Origin: a virus
Taxonomy: Duplodnaviria > Caudoviricetes
Virus record (IMG/VR): IMGVR_UViG_3300022407_001247
Coordinates: 1 to 54,409 of that record
DNA: 54,409 nt
Direction: 5' to 3' (one strand)
This document shows positions 37,525-45,798 of this stretch, piece by piece. The notes beneath the pieces are model-generated. The model worked only from the letters and a program-made list of their open reading frames with translations, had not been told where the DNA came from and did no database searches. How positions within the stretch are numbered: position 1 is the stretch's first letter; every line of letters begins with the position of its first letter. The position numbers were made by a program, and so were the translations under genes.

Positions 37525-39794
37525 TTCAACCAGACTTGACATTTTGTAGTTCGCCATTTGACTGGCTTTTCCATGCATGAAAAGCCTAATTTCAAGAGCA
37601 TTTTTTGAAGTGCTTTGCCTTTTGGGACTTCAATTTCTTCAATCAAACTGATCGCCATAGCTAGATGCTTGCTCGACAAAATTTGCTCATTGAAGCCGTA
37701 TCCACCCTCTGCAATGAGATCTTTTACAGCACCAAACTCATCGGCAACGTTGAGGCTGATCATCTGGTTTTTAGCCAACGATGATGGTGCTTGGCCCTTT
37801 GGGTTGAACAATGGGCTGAGTTGGTACTCAAGCAACCATTTCCTAAGACCTGCAGCATGGTCTTTTATGGCATTGAACAGGTTGCTGAAGTAGTCTGAGT
37901 TGGCTACTTTGAGCAGCTCTTGTTGGTCATTGAAAGGGGTGAACTGAACCCACCATCGGCGGTCCGTATCCTCAAGCGGAAGGGCATCATGGTGGTTTGT
38001 GAATGCAATGTAGTTGACCGTGTTTGGTGCCACATACTCATTGACCCCTTTAGGGTGGATTGTGATCTGATCATTCGTGATGTACGGCTTGATGGTATTC
38101 AGCACATCATGGCGGTTATGACCAACCATGCGAATCTCTTCCAAAACATTGACGCAACGGCCAGCCGCCCAACTCGTAAAGCCAGTTGCCAAAACCGAAG
38201 GCGACACAATGCCTACATTAGCCATACCCATCACACCCATCATCAAGTTGCCCAGCACGGACTTGCCATCGCCCTCAATGCCTTTGATCAGCGGAGCCCA
38301 CCGGATCTTAGACCCTGGATTCTGGACACAGTAAGCCATCCAACTGAGCATGATTTCTACGGCGTGTTGTTCGACCAAGATCATTGACAGATGGGCTTGC
38401 ACAATTTTTATAGCCTCATCGTCGCCTGAACTAAGCATTGCCGGCACATCTGGCGGACTGTTCTTGTTGTACTCATTGACGCATTCAACCCCATTGAGCT
38501 CAAACAAGTCATCAGCCATGGGCAAGTAGATGATCTTGTCTGGAGTTGGAATCCTAAACAGGTCCAAGGATAGAGTGGCCGCTGAGTCATCGCCACAAAA
38601 CCGGTTGAACATTGCCCCAAAGCCTTGTTGCGAGACTTTCCTTTTGCTAGTCACATTGAAGAACTTATCTTCATGGGTGACATAGACCCAATCACCTAGC
38701 CATTCAGGCACGCCCTCATGGACTTTTGGCTTGATCAGATTCTTTGCATCGCCGATTGAGATGGGAAAGTTTAGATCCTTGAATTTGGTCTTAAGGATGC
38801 CGGCCAAAACGTTGCGGCTGATGTGGTCAAGACCAAGCTCGGACTTAATGGCATCAACCACGACGGTCTTAAGCTGCTCAAGGTCTGTCTCGTCAATGAT
38901 CAAAGCCTTGCAACGATCAAAGGTCTTAGTCTGCTCAACCTTTTTATTGTCATTGGCCCGTTTGATGATCGAGGCCAATGTAAAAGCGCCTGAGCCGCCG
39001 GTCTTTTGTTCGCTGAATGAGTCCCACTTAGATTCCAACTCACGGCGATCATATGAGCTAGTCCCTTGACTGGCTTGGTCCCATAGCTCTAACCAATCTG
39101 GACCGCCCCGGCCTTGATGGTGCAGCGCCATACCTAGCTGCAACCAATCTTCATAGCTTTCAAGTTCACCAACAAACGGCAGCAGCTCGGTCTCAACCCT
39201 TTCTACATCCCAATCATTGAGAGGCGGCTTATAAGACTCAAGACCAAGAGCCTCATTTGATCCAAAGTGTCGTTCAACAAACCACGACACGTCTTGGATT
39301 GAACTAGGCAAAGAACTGTGACCATTGATTGCATGACCAGTCACTGTAAAGTAACGGCCATCTTTGTAAACCTCAATGTCACCGACTTTGCCTGATCTGG
39401 CTAAGTTAGACCGGGTGAACAGTTTGATGCCTGTGCCTGAAGGGCTAGTCTCTGCGTAACCATCAACCCGATCCAACAACTCCTTGGCTGCATGGTTCAT
39501 TTTGCCATCAACGACACAATCATCTAGGTCAATTCCCTGGAAGTCACCAGAGCCATCAATCGTGATACCTATGCCATCAAAGCCATCAATCAAATAGGCA
39601 TCTAGTGCATCTTCGTACGTTGACCACGTGCTAGGGTCTGTACTCTTTGCCATTCTGCCATTTGTTTGGTACGGTATTTTTTTCCACTTCTTGCCATCTA
39701 GCACTAGCTTCCACACTACCCACCTTGGGATGGCCTTTAAAGATTGAGGGATAAACTCAGGCAATACTGGTAAGACAGTGGGTTTAGCTGACAT
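37422..39794 (-). CDS. Primase-polymerase/PriCT-2/SF3-type helicase fusion
   Basis: Start ATG 39794 (AAAGGA RBS). PrimPol motifs 'WVVWK..KIPY', 'GIDLDDC' and 'ETSPSGTGIKLF'; PriCT-2 'YEDWLQLGMALH..W..KWDSF'; P-loop 'GIEGDGKS'. Confidence 0.9.
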   Translation of the reverse strand: MSAKPTVLPVLPEFIPQSLKAIPRWVVWKLVLDGKKWKKIPYQTNGRMAKSTDPSTWSTYEDALDAYLIDGFDGIGITIDGSGDFQGIDLDDCVVDGKMNHAAKELLDRVDGYAETSPSGTGIKLFTRSNLARSGKVGDIEVYKDGRYFTVTGHAINGHSSLPSSIQDVSWFVERHFGSNEALGLESYKPPLNDWDVERVETELLPFVGELESYEDWLQLGMALHHQGRGGPDWLELWDQASQGTSSYDRRELESKWDSFSEQKTGGSGAFTLASIIKRANDNKKVEQTKTFDRCKALIIDETDLEQLKTVVVDAIKSELGLDHISRNVLAGILKTKFKDLNFPISIGDAKNLIKPKVHEGVPEWLGDWVYVTHEDKFFNVTSKRKVSQQGFGAMFNRFCGDDSAATLSLDLFRIPTPDKIIYLPMADDLFELNGVECVNEYNKNSPPDVPAMLSSGDDEAIKIVQAHLSMILVEQHAVEIMLSWMAYCVQNPGSKIRWAPLIKGIEGDGKSVLGNLMMGVMGMANVGIVSPSVLATGFTSWAAGRCVNVLEEIRMVGHNRHDVLNTIKPYITNDQITIHPKGVNEYVAPNTVNYIAFTNHHDALPLEDTDRRWWVQFTPFNDQQELLKVANSDYFSNLFNAIKDHAAGLRKWLLEYQLSPLFNPKGQAPSSLAKNQMISLNVADEFGAVKDLIAEGGYGFNEQILSSKHLAMAISLIEEIEVPKGKALQKMLLKLGFSCMEKPVKWRTTKCQVWLKGSSSEFFKGLDDSAKNEKVRSLLDKTSDTDLLS

Positions 39795-40011
39795 TGCGTT
39801 CCTTTGCTTGGTCGGCAATGAGGGCTGCAGCCCCAACCTCCATGAACGCAATGATCAAAGAGCTTCTATTCATGCCTTTTGGCAAATTAGACGTGGCTTT
39901 TAAGGCCTCAGCTAGATAGATCCTAGCCGCATCACAACTGTCATAGACGCGGTCCTCTATGGAAGAGGCCGGCTGCGGAGAGTCCATAGGTTTCTTTCTC
40001 TGCCCATTCAC
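39784..40011 (-). CDS. Hypothetical protein upstream of primase (start GTG 40011 or ATG 39987)
   Basis: Overlaps the primase start by 11 bp and is co-oriented. Confidence 0.5.
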   Translation of the reverse strand: MNGQRKKPMDSPQPASSIEDRVYDSCDAARIYLAEALKATSNLPKGMNRSSLIIAFMEVGAAALIADQAKERNVS

Positions 40012-40147
40012 AAGTGTAGGTTGAACGGCGGCTGTGAAAGGGTAAAGCTGCCTCGTCGGTCAAACCATCGGTTTGCCCCAAGTCCAAAAATCATTCTAAC
40101 CTAAAAATTAGATGTACAATCATGCACCCAAAACTTTTTGTACAACT

Positions 40148-40399
40148 ATGACCAAAGACCACAAACTTAAAGCCGCATGTCAACTAGCCTTGGATCTAGT
40201 CCATGGGCACTTTGGCACCAAAGCCGAGATGGCCCGAAGAGCAGGCATGAGCCGCAATGCAGTATCATACTGGTTCACCAGAGGCCAGATAGGTAGGGCT
40301 GCAGCCATCAAGTTTGGCAAGATCAAGGCTCTAGGCATGAGCAAGGAGAACCTAAGGCCCGACATCAAGGACTGGACCCCGATGGCTAAACGCAAATAG
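40148..40399 (+). CDS. Cro/YdaS-like HTH regulator
   Basis: 'GTKAEMARRAGMSRNAVSYW' HTH and C-terminal 'LRPDI'; sits at the strand switch. Confidence 0.75.
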   Translation: MTKDHKLKAACQLALDLVHGHFGTKAEMARRAGMSRNAVSYWFTRGQIGRAAAIKFGKIKALGMSKENLRPDIKDWTPMAKRK

Positions 40400-40410
40400 T
40401 TGCAAAATAG

Positions 40411-40461
40411 TTGTAAGCTGCTTAAAAGTGTTGTACAATGCCCTTACGGCAACGTCGCCGT
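40411..40461 (+). promoter_or_regulatory. Early promoter 1 with downstream palindrome
   Basis: TTGTAA-N17-TACAAT, then ACGGCAACGTCGCCGT (40446-40461). Confidence 0.8.
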
Positions 40462-40484
40462 CTCAATGTTGTAAAGGATCTAGA

Positions 40485-40577
40485 ATGCGCAAAAACAAAC
40501 GTCGAATTTATGCCATGATGGCCACACAAACTGTGAACTTTATGGGATTCAAAACTCTTGCTATGAGTATCAAGTGA
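40485..40577 (+). CDS. Small basic protein, 30 aa (absent from ORF track)
   Basis: MRKNKRRIYAMMATQTVNFMGFKTLAMSIK; AAAGGA RBS; TGATG coupling to the next gene. Confidence 0.55.
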   Translation: MRKNKRRIYAMMATQTVNFMGFKTLAMSIK

Positions 40578-40792
40578 TGAAGTTCAAACTTGACATAGCT
40601 AGGGATGTAGACACTGATGAACCTGGAGTCTACATCATGAACTTGCCAGGTGGCTGGAAGTTCAACCATGACCCATTTGATTTGTGCCATACACGAGCGT
40701 ATGACTCAATGAAAGAGTTGCGGGCAGACATCAAGCATTCGGTCGAGCCGTGTGCTTGCGCTGAATGCAAGCGAATGATTTCCGCAAAATAA
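40577..40792 (+). CDS. Hypothetical early protein with C-terminal CxCxxC
   Basis: Coupled start; ends just before promoter 2. Confidence 0.65.
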   Translation: MKFKLDIARDVDTDEPGVYIMNLPGGWKFNHDPFDLCHTRAYDSMKELRADIKHSVEPCACAECKRMISAK

Positions 40793-40793
40793 A

Positions 40794-40845
40794 TTGTGCA
40801 GCACCTAAAAAGTGTTGTACAATGCAATCACGGCAACGTCGCCGT
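40794..40845 (+). promoter_or_regulatory. Early promoter 2 with downstream palindrome
   Basis: TTGTGC-N18-TACAAT, then ACGGCAACGTCGCCGT (40830-40845). Confidence 0.8.
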
Positions 40846-40865
40846 CTCAATGTCGAAAGCTTATC

Positions 40866-41129
40866 ATGACCGTCCTCACTGCAAACAACCCACTCATCGT
40901 GACCATCAAAAACGTCTATGGCAAAGAGATGATCTATCCTGCCAACTCAGTCGCACAGATTTTTGCCGACATTGCACGGCAAACAACCTTGAGCCGTGAC
41001 ACACTCAAGCTTGCACAAGCACTCGGCTACAAAGTTGAAGTCAAGCAGCAAGAATTGTCTTGGTCTAAAGATAACGTTCTTGGAGAATCATTTGCTGGCC
41101 ATTGGGCAAAAAACGGCGTTGCTTCTTAA
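40866..41129 (+). CDS. Hypothetical early protein
   Basis: 'IKNVYGKEMIYP..FADIA..TTL..ALGY' pattern; first ATG after promoter 2. Confidence 0.7.
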   Translation: MTVLTANNPLIVTIKNVYGKEMIYPANSVAQIFADIARQTTLSRDTLKLAQALGYKVEVKQQELSWSKDNVLGESFAGHWAKNGVAS

Positions 41130-41151
41130 AACAAACTACTTTGGAACTGTC

Positions 41152-41313
41152 ATGAACGCACTCACTAAAGACATCATGAAGTGGCTCAACATTGACGTTG
41201 AGCTTGCAATTGCCGTGCAATACAAGATGATGGAAACCGGCATCAGTTTTGGCAGCAGCTCAACGCGTGAGCTCAAGCAGTGCGCAAAAGAATGTCTGGA
41301 CTTGGTCAAATGA
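41152..41313 (+). CDS. Hypothetical early protein
   Basis: MNALTKDIMKWL...; ATGA overlap downstream. Confidence 0.55.
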   Translation: MNALTKDIMKWLNIDVELAIAVQYKMMETGISFGSSSTRELKQCAKECLDLVK

Positions 41314-41423
41314 AAGTCTTCTTAGCACTTGTTGTCATATCGGCCTTAGTGCCGTTCGTTTGGTTTGGCTATTGGGCTAGAACCGCCATAGAGCGGTTGT
41401 GGGATTGGGCCATTTCCAAATGA
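41310..41423 (+). CDS. Small membrane protein, 37 aa (absent from ORF track)
   Basis: MKVFLALVVISALVPFVWFGYWARTAIERLWDWAISK; ATGA overlaps at both ends. Confidence 0.6.
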   Translation: MKVFLALVVISALVPFVWFGYWARTAIERLWDWAISK

Positions 41424-42988
41424 AGCTCTACAGGCATCAAGTCCAAGCAATCGAGTGGCTAGGTCAAAGACCTAAAGCCATTCTTGCGCTTGACATGGGT
41501 CTAGGCAAGACTTGCGTGTCTAGCCTAGACCTGTCTGTGCCTGCATTAGTCGTGTGTCCAGCATCACTCAAGCTCAACTGGCAAGCCGAGCTCAAGACAT
41601 GGCGGCCTGAACTCAGCGTGCAGGTTGTTCGCAGCCCCAAAGATCCAATCAAAGGCCTTGACGTCACCATTGTCAACTATGACATACTAGGAAAACTTGA
41701 CCTACCAACGCCGTCCACTTTGATCGTAGACGAAGCTCACTACATCAAGAACTACAAAGCCAAGCGTACCAAGTTGCTGATGGCCTTGATCAAAGCCACA
41801 ACCAATGTCAGCCTATTGACAGGCACTCCTATAGTCAATCGACCCATCGAACTGTGGACCTTGCTCTATTCGATTGGAGCTACAAAGCTAGGCTACTTTG
41901 AGTTTGGTATGCGGTTCTGTGCAGGATGGAAAACACCCTGGGACACTTACGACTTCAGCGGCTCAAGCCGCAAAGGCGAGCTGATCAGCGTGTTAGAGCC
42001 ATTCATGCTGAGGATGACCAAAGAAGAGTGCATCGACCTGCCCTCAAAAACCTATCGAATTATTGCCCTTGATTTGCCAGTTGACAAGCGTGAGAAGCAG
42101 TTCAGTCAAGACCAGATTGACAAGCCAGATTCAATCCCGTTTGAAGCCATCAGTGACATCAGACGACTCAACGCAGAGCGCAAATTAGACCAATCTATAA
42201 GCTACATCAAAGACTGCCTTGAGCAGGTCGACAAGGTCGTGGTCTTTGCACATCACACGCACATCATCGATGAACTCATGAGTGCCTTTAAGGACTATGG
42301 GCCAGTCATGATCACGGGGTCTGTCAAGAACGAAGACAGACACGCAGCAGTCTTAGCATTCCAAAATGATCCTAAGTGTAGGGTCTTTGTAGGCAACATC
42401 AAAGCCGCTGGAGTGGGTCTAACCCTAACAGCAGCAAGCCACGTCATATTTGTTGAAGCACCATGGTCTCCTGCAGACCTTCAACAAGCAGCAGACCGCT
42501 GCCACAGAATCGGTCAACAAAACAGCGTCATTATTGACTTGTTGACGATAACCGGGTCCATCGATGAAATTATCTTACACAAGATTCTGACTAAGATGGA
42601 CGTCATTGACAGTATCATTAAGGAGTCCACGGACATGAACGAGAAATTGATTGCAGCCAAGCTGCGTGAGCTGGCCGAATTGTTTGAAGGTATGGAACCT
42701 GTTGCTAAAGTCATCGAGCAGGCAAATGATAAGCAGCTCAAGGCCATCGAGCAAGCTGCACCTAAGGCCATCGAGCAAGCTGCACCTAAGGTTGCAAACC
42801 AAGCCAAACAAATGGAAATTGAACCATTCACGCTTGACAACATCCGTCAAGCCATGGCTAGGTTGATCGGAGCCGGCAAACGTGACCAAGCACTTGCCAT
42901 TCTTGCCAAGCTTGGCGTTGCTAAAGTCAGTGAAATCGCCGAAGAGCAATTTGATCAAACCATGGAATTGATCAATGAAACACGCTAA
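41420..42988 (+). CDS. SNF2/HARP-like SF2 helicase with C-terminal extension
   Basis: 'DMGLGKT', 'VVCPASL', 'DEAH', 'LTGTP', 'GVGLTLTAA' and 'QAADRCHRIGQ'. Confidence 0.92.
   Translation: MKLYRHQVQAIEWLGQRPKAILALDMGLGKTCVSSLDLSVPALVVCPASLKLNWQAELKTWRPELSVQVVRSPKDPIKGLDVTIVNYDILGKLDLPTPSTLIVDEAHYIKNYKAKRTKLLMALIKATTNVSLLTGTPIVNRPIELWTLLYSIGATKLGYFEFGMRFCAGWKTPWDTYDFSGSSRKGELISVLEPFMLRMTKEECIDLPSKTYRIIALDLPVDKREKQFSQDQIDKPDSIPFEAISDIRRLNAERKLDQSISYIKDCLEQVDKVVVFAHHTHIIDELMSAFKDYGPVMITGSVKNEDRHAAVLAFQNDPKCRVFVGNIKAAGVGLTLTAASHVIFVEAPWSPADLQQAADRCHRIGQQNSVIIDLLTITGSIDEIILHKILTKMDVIDSIIKESTDMNEKLIAAKLRELAELFEGMEPVAKVIEQANDKQLKAIEQAAPKAIEQAAPKVANQAKQMEIEPFTLDNIRQAMARLIGAGKRDQALAILAKLGVAKVSEIAEEQFDQTMELINETR
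42635..42988 (+). CDS. Probable in-frame nested gene (117 aa) inside the helicase ORF
   Basis: TAAGGAG at 42619-42625, then an in-frame ATG at 42635. The product resembles the small protein that usually precedes DUF2800 genes. Confidence 0.55.
   Translation: MNEKLIAAKLRELAELFEGMEPVAKVIEQANDKQLKAIEQAAPKAIEQAAPKVANQAKQMEIEPFTLDNIRQAMARLIGAGKRDQALAILAKLGVAKVSEIAEEQFDQTMELINETR
42740..42791 (+). repeat. 24-bp tandem repeat x2 (KAIEQAAP linker)
   Basis: aaggccatcgagcaagctgcacct twice, plus aagg. Confidence 0.9.
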
Positions 42989-44066
42989 GCTCTCACCGAG
43001 TGCTAGCTCTAGATGGATGACTTGTCCAGGGTCTGTTCATCTAGAACCTGATGTCAAAGGTGGTGGTTCAAGTGTCTACGCAGAAAAAGGCACGGCAATG
43101 CATGAAGTGTCTGATCTGTGTTTGACCAAAAACCTTAAACCAACCACCTTTGTTGGCAAAACGGTCAATGGCCACATCGTCACGCATGAAATGGCTGAAC
43201 TTGTTCAAGTGTATGTCCACTACATGCAAGCCCTAAACGGTGACAAATACTACGAAGAAAAAGTCACACTCGCAGAGGTCATCAATGACTGCTGGGGCAC
43301 GGCCGATGCAATCGTTGTTGATGGTTCATTGATGAGGGTCATTGACCTTAAGACAGGCGGTGGTGTGCGCGTAGAAGCCGAAGGCAACACCCAATTGCTT
43401 TGCTATGCACTTGGCGCTTACCTTAAGTACAGTCCAGTCTACGATATAGCCAACATCGCGATGACCATAGTGCAGCCACCGATGAACAGCATTGACAGCT
43501 GGACTATTGAACTAAACGAACTCTTAGCATTTGCTGAAGAACTAAAGCGTTCTTACGCAGCCATTCAAAACGAACCAAACAAGTTTGTGGCTAGTGAGAA
43601 AGCTTGCAAGTGGTGTCATGCAAGAGCCAAATGTCCAGAAATGAAACGACTGGCCAATGAAGCAGCTGCGGTTGACTTCAAAGACATGAGCCTAGATAGC
43701 ATTGAAGAATGGATGCCTAAGCTTAGCCTGTTGCAGTCATTCATTGATGCGGTTGAGGCTAAAGCCAAAGACACTCTACTTGCTGGTGGTCAAATCAAAG
43801 GCTGGAAAGTAGTAGAGGGTCGCAAAACCCGTGACTGGCTAGACAAGTCAAAAGCCGAACTTTGGTTCAAGCAGCAAGGCTATGACAACATCTACACTGA
43901 GTCTGAGCTGTTGAGCGTTGCACAGATGGAAAAAAAGATGAAGTCTGAAAGTTTAGACTTTACAAACTTCATCAAGGTTTCCAATGGCAACCCGACCATT
44001 GTACCTGAAAAAGACAAAAGGGGTTCAATAGACAAAGGTCAGTCAGCAAAAAAAGATTTTGCATAA
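42975..44066 (+). CDS. DUF2800 Cas4-like PD-(D/E)xK nuclease
   Basis: 'HAKLSPS..RW..CPGS', 'GTAMH', 'WGTAD', 'IDLKTG', 'QLLCYALG' and 'CKWC..CP'. Confidence 0.88.
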   Translation: MKHAKLSPSASSRWMTCPGSVHLEPDVKGGGSSVYAEKGTAMHEVSDLCLTKNLKPTTFVGKTVNGHIVTHEMAELVQVYVHYMQALNGDKYYEEKVTLAEVINDCWGTADAIVVDGSLMRVIDLKTGGGVRVEAEGNTQLLCYALGAYLKYSPVYDIANIAMTIVQPPMNSIDSWTIELNELLAFAEELKRSYAAIQNEPNKFVASEKACKWCHARAKCPEMKRLANEAAAVDFKDMSLDSIEEWMPKLSLLQSFIDAVEAKAKDTLLAGGQIKGWKVVEGRKTRDWLDKSKAELWFKQQGYDNIYTESELLSVAQMEKKMKSESLDFTNFIKVSNGNPTIVPEKDKRGSIDKGQSAKKDFA

Positions 44067-44079
44067 AGTCAAAAATAAA

Positions 44080-44130
44080 TTGTGCAGCGCTTAAAGGCGT
44101 TGTACAATTCAATCACGGCAACGTCGCCGT
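44080..44130 (+). promoter_or_regulatory. Early promoter 3 with downstream palindrome
   Basis: TTGTGC-N17-TACAAT, then ACGGCAACGTCGCCGT (44115-44130). Confidence 0.8.
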
Positions 44131-44150
44131 CTCACTGTTGAAAGATCATC

Positions 44151-45122
44151 ATGGCACACGAACTCGATTTCTCTAACTCCCAAGCCAACTTTGCCCACAA
44201 GGGTGAAAAAGCATGGCACGGCCTTGGCCAGCAACTCGAAGCAGGTCAGCCCATTGAAGTGTGGGCAAAAGCTGCAGGCTTGTCCCATACTGTGGAGCGC
44301 TCAATTGTTCAATACGAAGCAAACGGCCTTTTGTTGCCCCATACCAACAAAGACGTGTTGTACCGCTCTGACACATTTGCACCTCTCGGCGTGGTCAGCG
44401 GCGACTACAACATTGTCCAGCCTGCAGATGTGTTAGACTTTTTTGCACGTCTTGCTGAGAACAACAACTTTGAACTGGAAACAGCAGGTTCACTTTCAGG
44501 CGGCAAGCGCATCTGGGCAATGGCTAAAGTCAACGATGGAGCTACCATAATTGGTCAGGACGTCGTCAAACCCTATGTCCTGTTGGCAACATCATATGAC
44601 GGCACTCTTGCAACCACGGCGCGATTCACATCAGTCCGTGTTGTGTGCAGCAATACGCTTGGCTATGCCTCAGCTGAGTCCGGCGACACAGTCAAAATCA
44701 ATCATTCAAAAGAGTTCAGCTCCAAAGACACAGCCCTTGATCTTGGCATCGCAATCAACGGCTTTGAAAAGTTCTTGATCGACTCACGCCGCTTAGCTGC
44801 AAAAGAGGTCAACAGCACGTTTGCAGTTCAGTTCCTCAAGACTCTGCTGCCTATCAGCATGTCTACAAAGACTGTGAACGGCATCAAAGTCCAAGAGCAA
44901 GTGCCTGTTGAAAAGACTAAAGCATTCCAGTCGATCATGGCATTGTTCAATGGTCAAGCTATCGGCAATGAGCTGCCTGAAGCTGAAGGTACTGCTTGGG
45001 GTTTGCTCAACGCTGTGACTGAGCATGTTGATCACGGTCTCAACCAGAATGCAGCATGGTTTGGCTATGGCAACGCCTTGAAGAATAAAGCTCGTGACCT
45101 GCTGGTTGAGGTCACAGCTTAA
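44151..45122 (+). CDS. DUF932 (TIGR03299-like) protein
   Basis: 'AWHGLG', 'ETAGSL.GGKRIW', 'SYDGT', 'RVVCSNTL' and 'GTAWGLLNAVTEHVDH'. Confidence 0.88.
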   Translation: MAHELDFSNSQANFAHKGEKAWHGLGQQLEAGQPIEVWAKAAGLSHTVERSIVQYEANGLLLPHTNKDVLYRSDTFAPLGVVSGDYNIVQPADVLDFFARLAENNNFELETAGSLSGGKRIWAMAKVNDGATIIGQDVVKPYVLLATSYDGTLATTARFTSVRVVCSNTLGYASAESGDTVKINHSKEFSSKDTALDLGIAINGFEKFLIDSRRLAAKEVNSTFAVQFLKTLLPISMSTKTVNGIKVQEQVPVEKTKAFQSIMALFNGQAIGNELPEAEGTAWGLLNAVTEHVDHGLNQNAAWFGYGNALKNKARDLLVEVTA

Positions 45123-45197
45123 CAGCATACACGCACTGCCTTGCGTGTATGACAGGTCGGAAAGACGGCCACTTCATCAACGTTTTAAGGACTAAAA

Positions 45198-45722
45198 ATG
45201 TCAAAGCTTGTTACCCCTGAGTTCCGCGGTTCTTTTGTGCACATCCTCGAACCCCATGCCATCAAAGGCGTCGAGAATGCCAAAGCACGCTATCAAATCA
45301 CAATCCCGCTGCCAAAAAAGGACGGCTTCTGGACCAAACTCAATGCTCTGGTTGAAGAGACTGCCAAAGCAAAATGGGGCAAAATCCCTGCAAAGATGAA
45401 GTCACCTGTCAAAGATGGTGACGAAGAAGAGCGTCCTGAATTGGCTGGTTGCTACAGCGTGCAAGCCACTTCCAACAACAAGCCTGGCATTGTTGATGCT
45501 GCCCTAAACCCCATCATGGATGGCGATGAGATCTACAGCGGTGCTTACTATCGTGCATCGATTCGTGCCTATGCTTGGGACCATCCTACCGGCGGCAAAG
45601 GCGTGTCCATTGCTTTGGACAATGTCATGAAAGTCAAAGATGGTGAGGCATTCAGTGGTCGCACCGATGCATCTGCTGACTTTGCTGACTTTGCCAAAGA
45701 AGACGCTGACTTGCTTGGCTAA
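45198..45722 (+). CDS. ssb: ssDNA-binding protein (DUF2815/Enc34-type)
   Basis: 'SFVHILEP', 'KDGD', 'IYSGAY.RASI' and 'GVSIALDNVMKVKDGE'; acidic C-terminal tail. Confidence 0.85.
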   Translation: MSKLVTPEFRGSFVHILEPHAIKGVENAKARYQITIPLPKKDGFWTKLNALVEETAKAKWGKIPAKMKSPVKDGDEEERPELAGCYSVQATSNNKPGIVDAALNPIMDGDEIYSGAYYRASIRAYAWDHPTGGKGVSIALDNVMKVKDGEAFSGRTDASADFADFAKEDADLLG

Positions 45723-45798
45723 AGTCAATAGCTAGCACGGGTCAACGTGCCAGTCGGGTGAGAAGCCCGTTCAACCAATCAATACGAAGGAGTTAGTT

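Noticed and set aside
1108-39069. Numerous plus-strand ORFs in the track (for example 2431..3102, 25082..26056, 27767..28678)
   Set aside because: They are antisense shadows of well-supported minus-strand genes and show no recognisable motifs.
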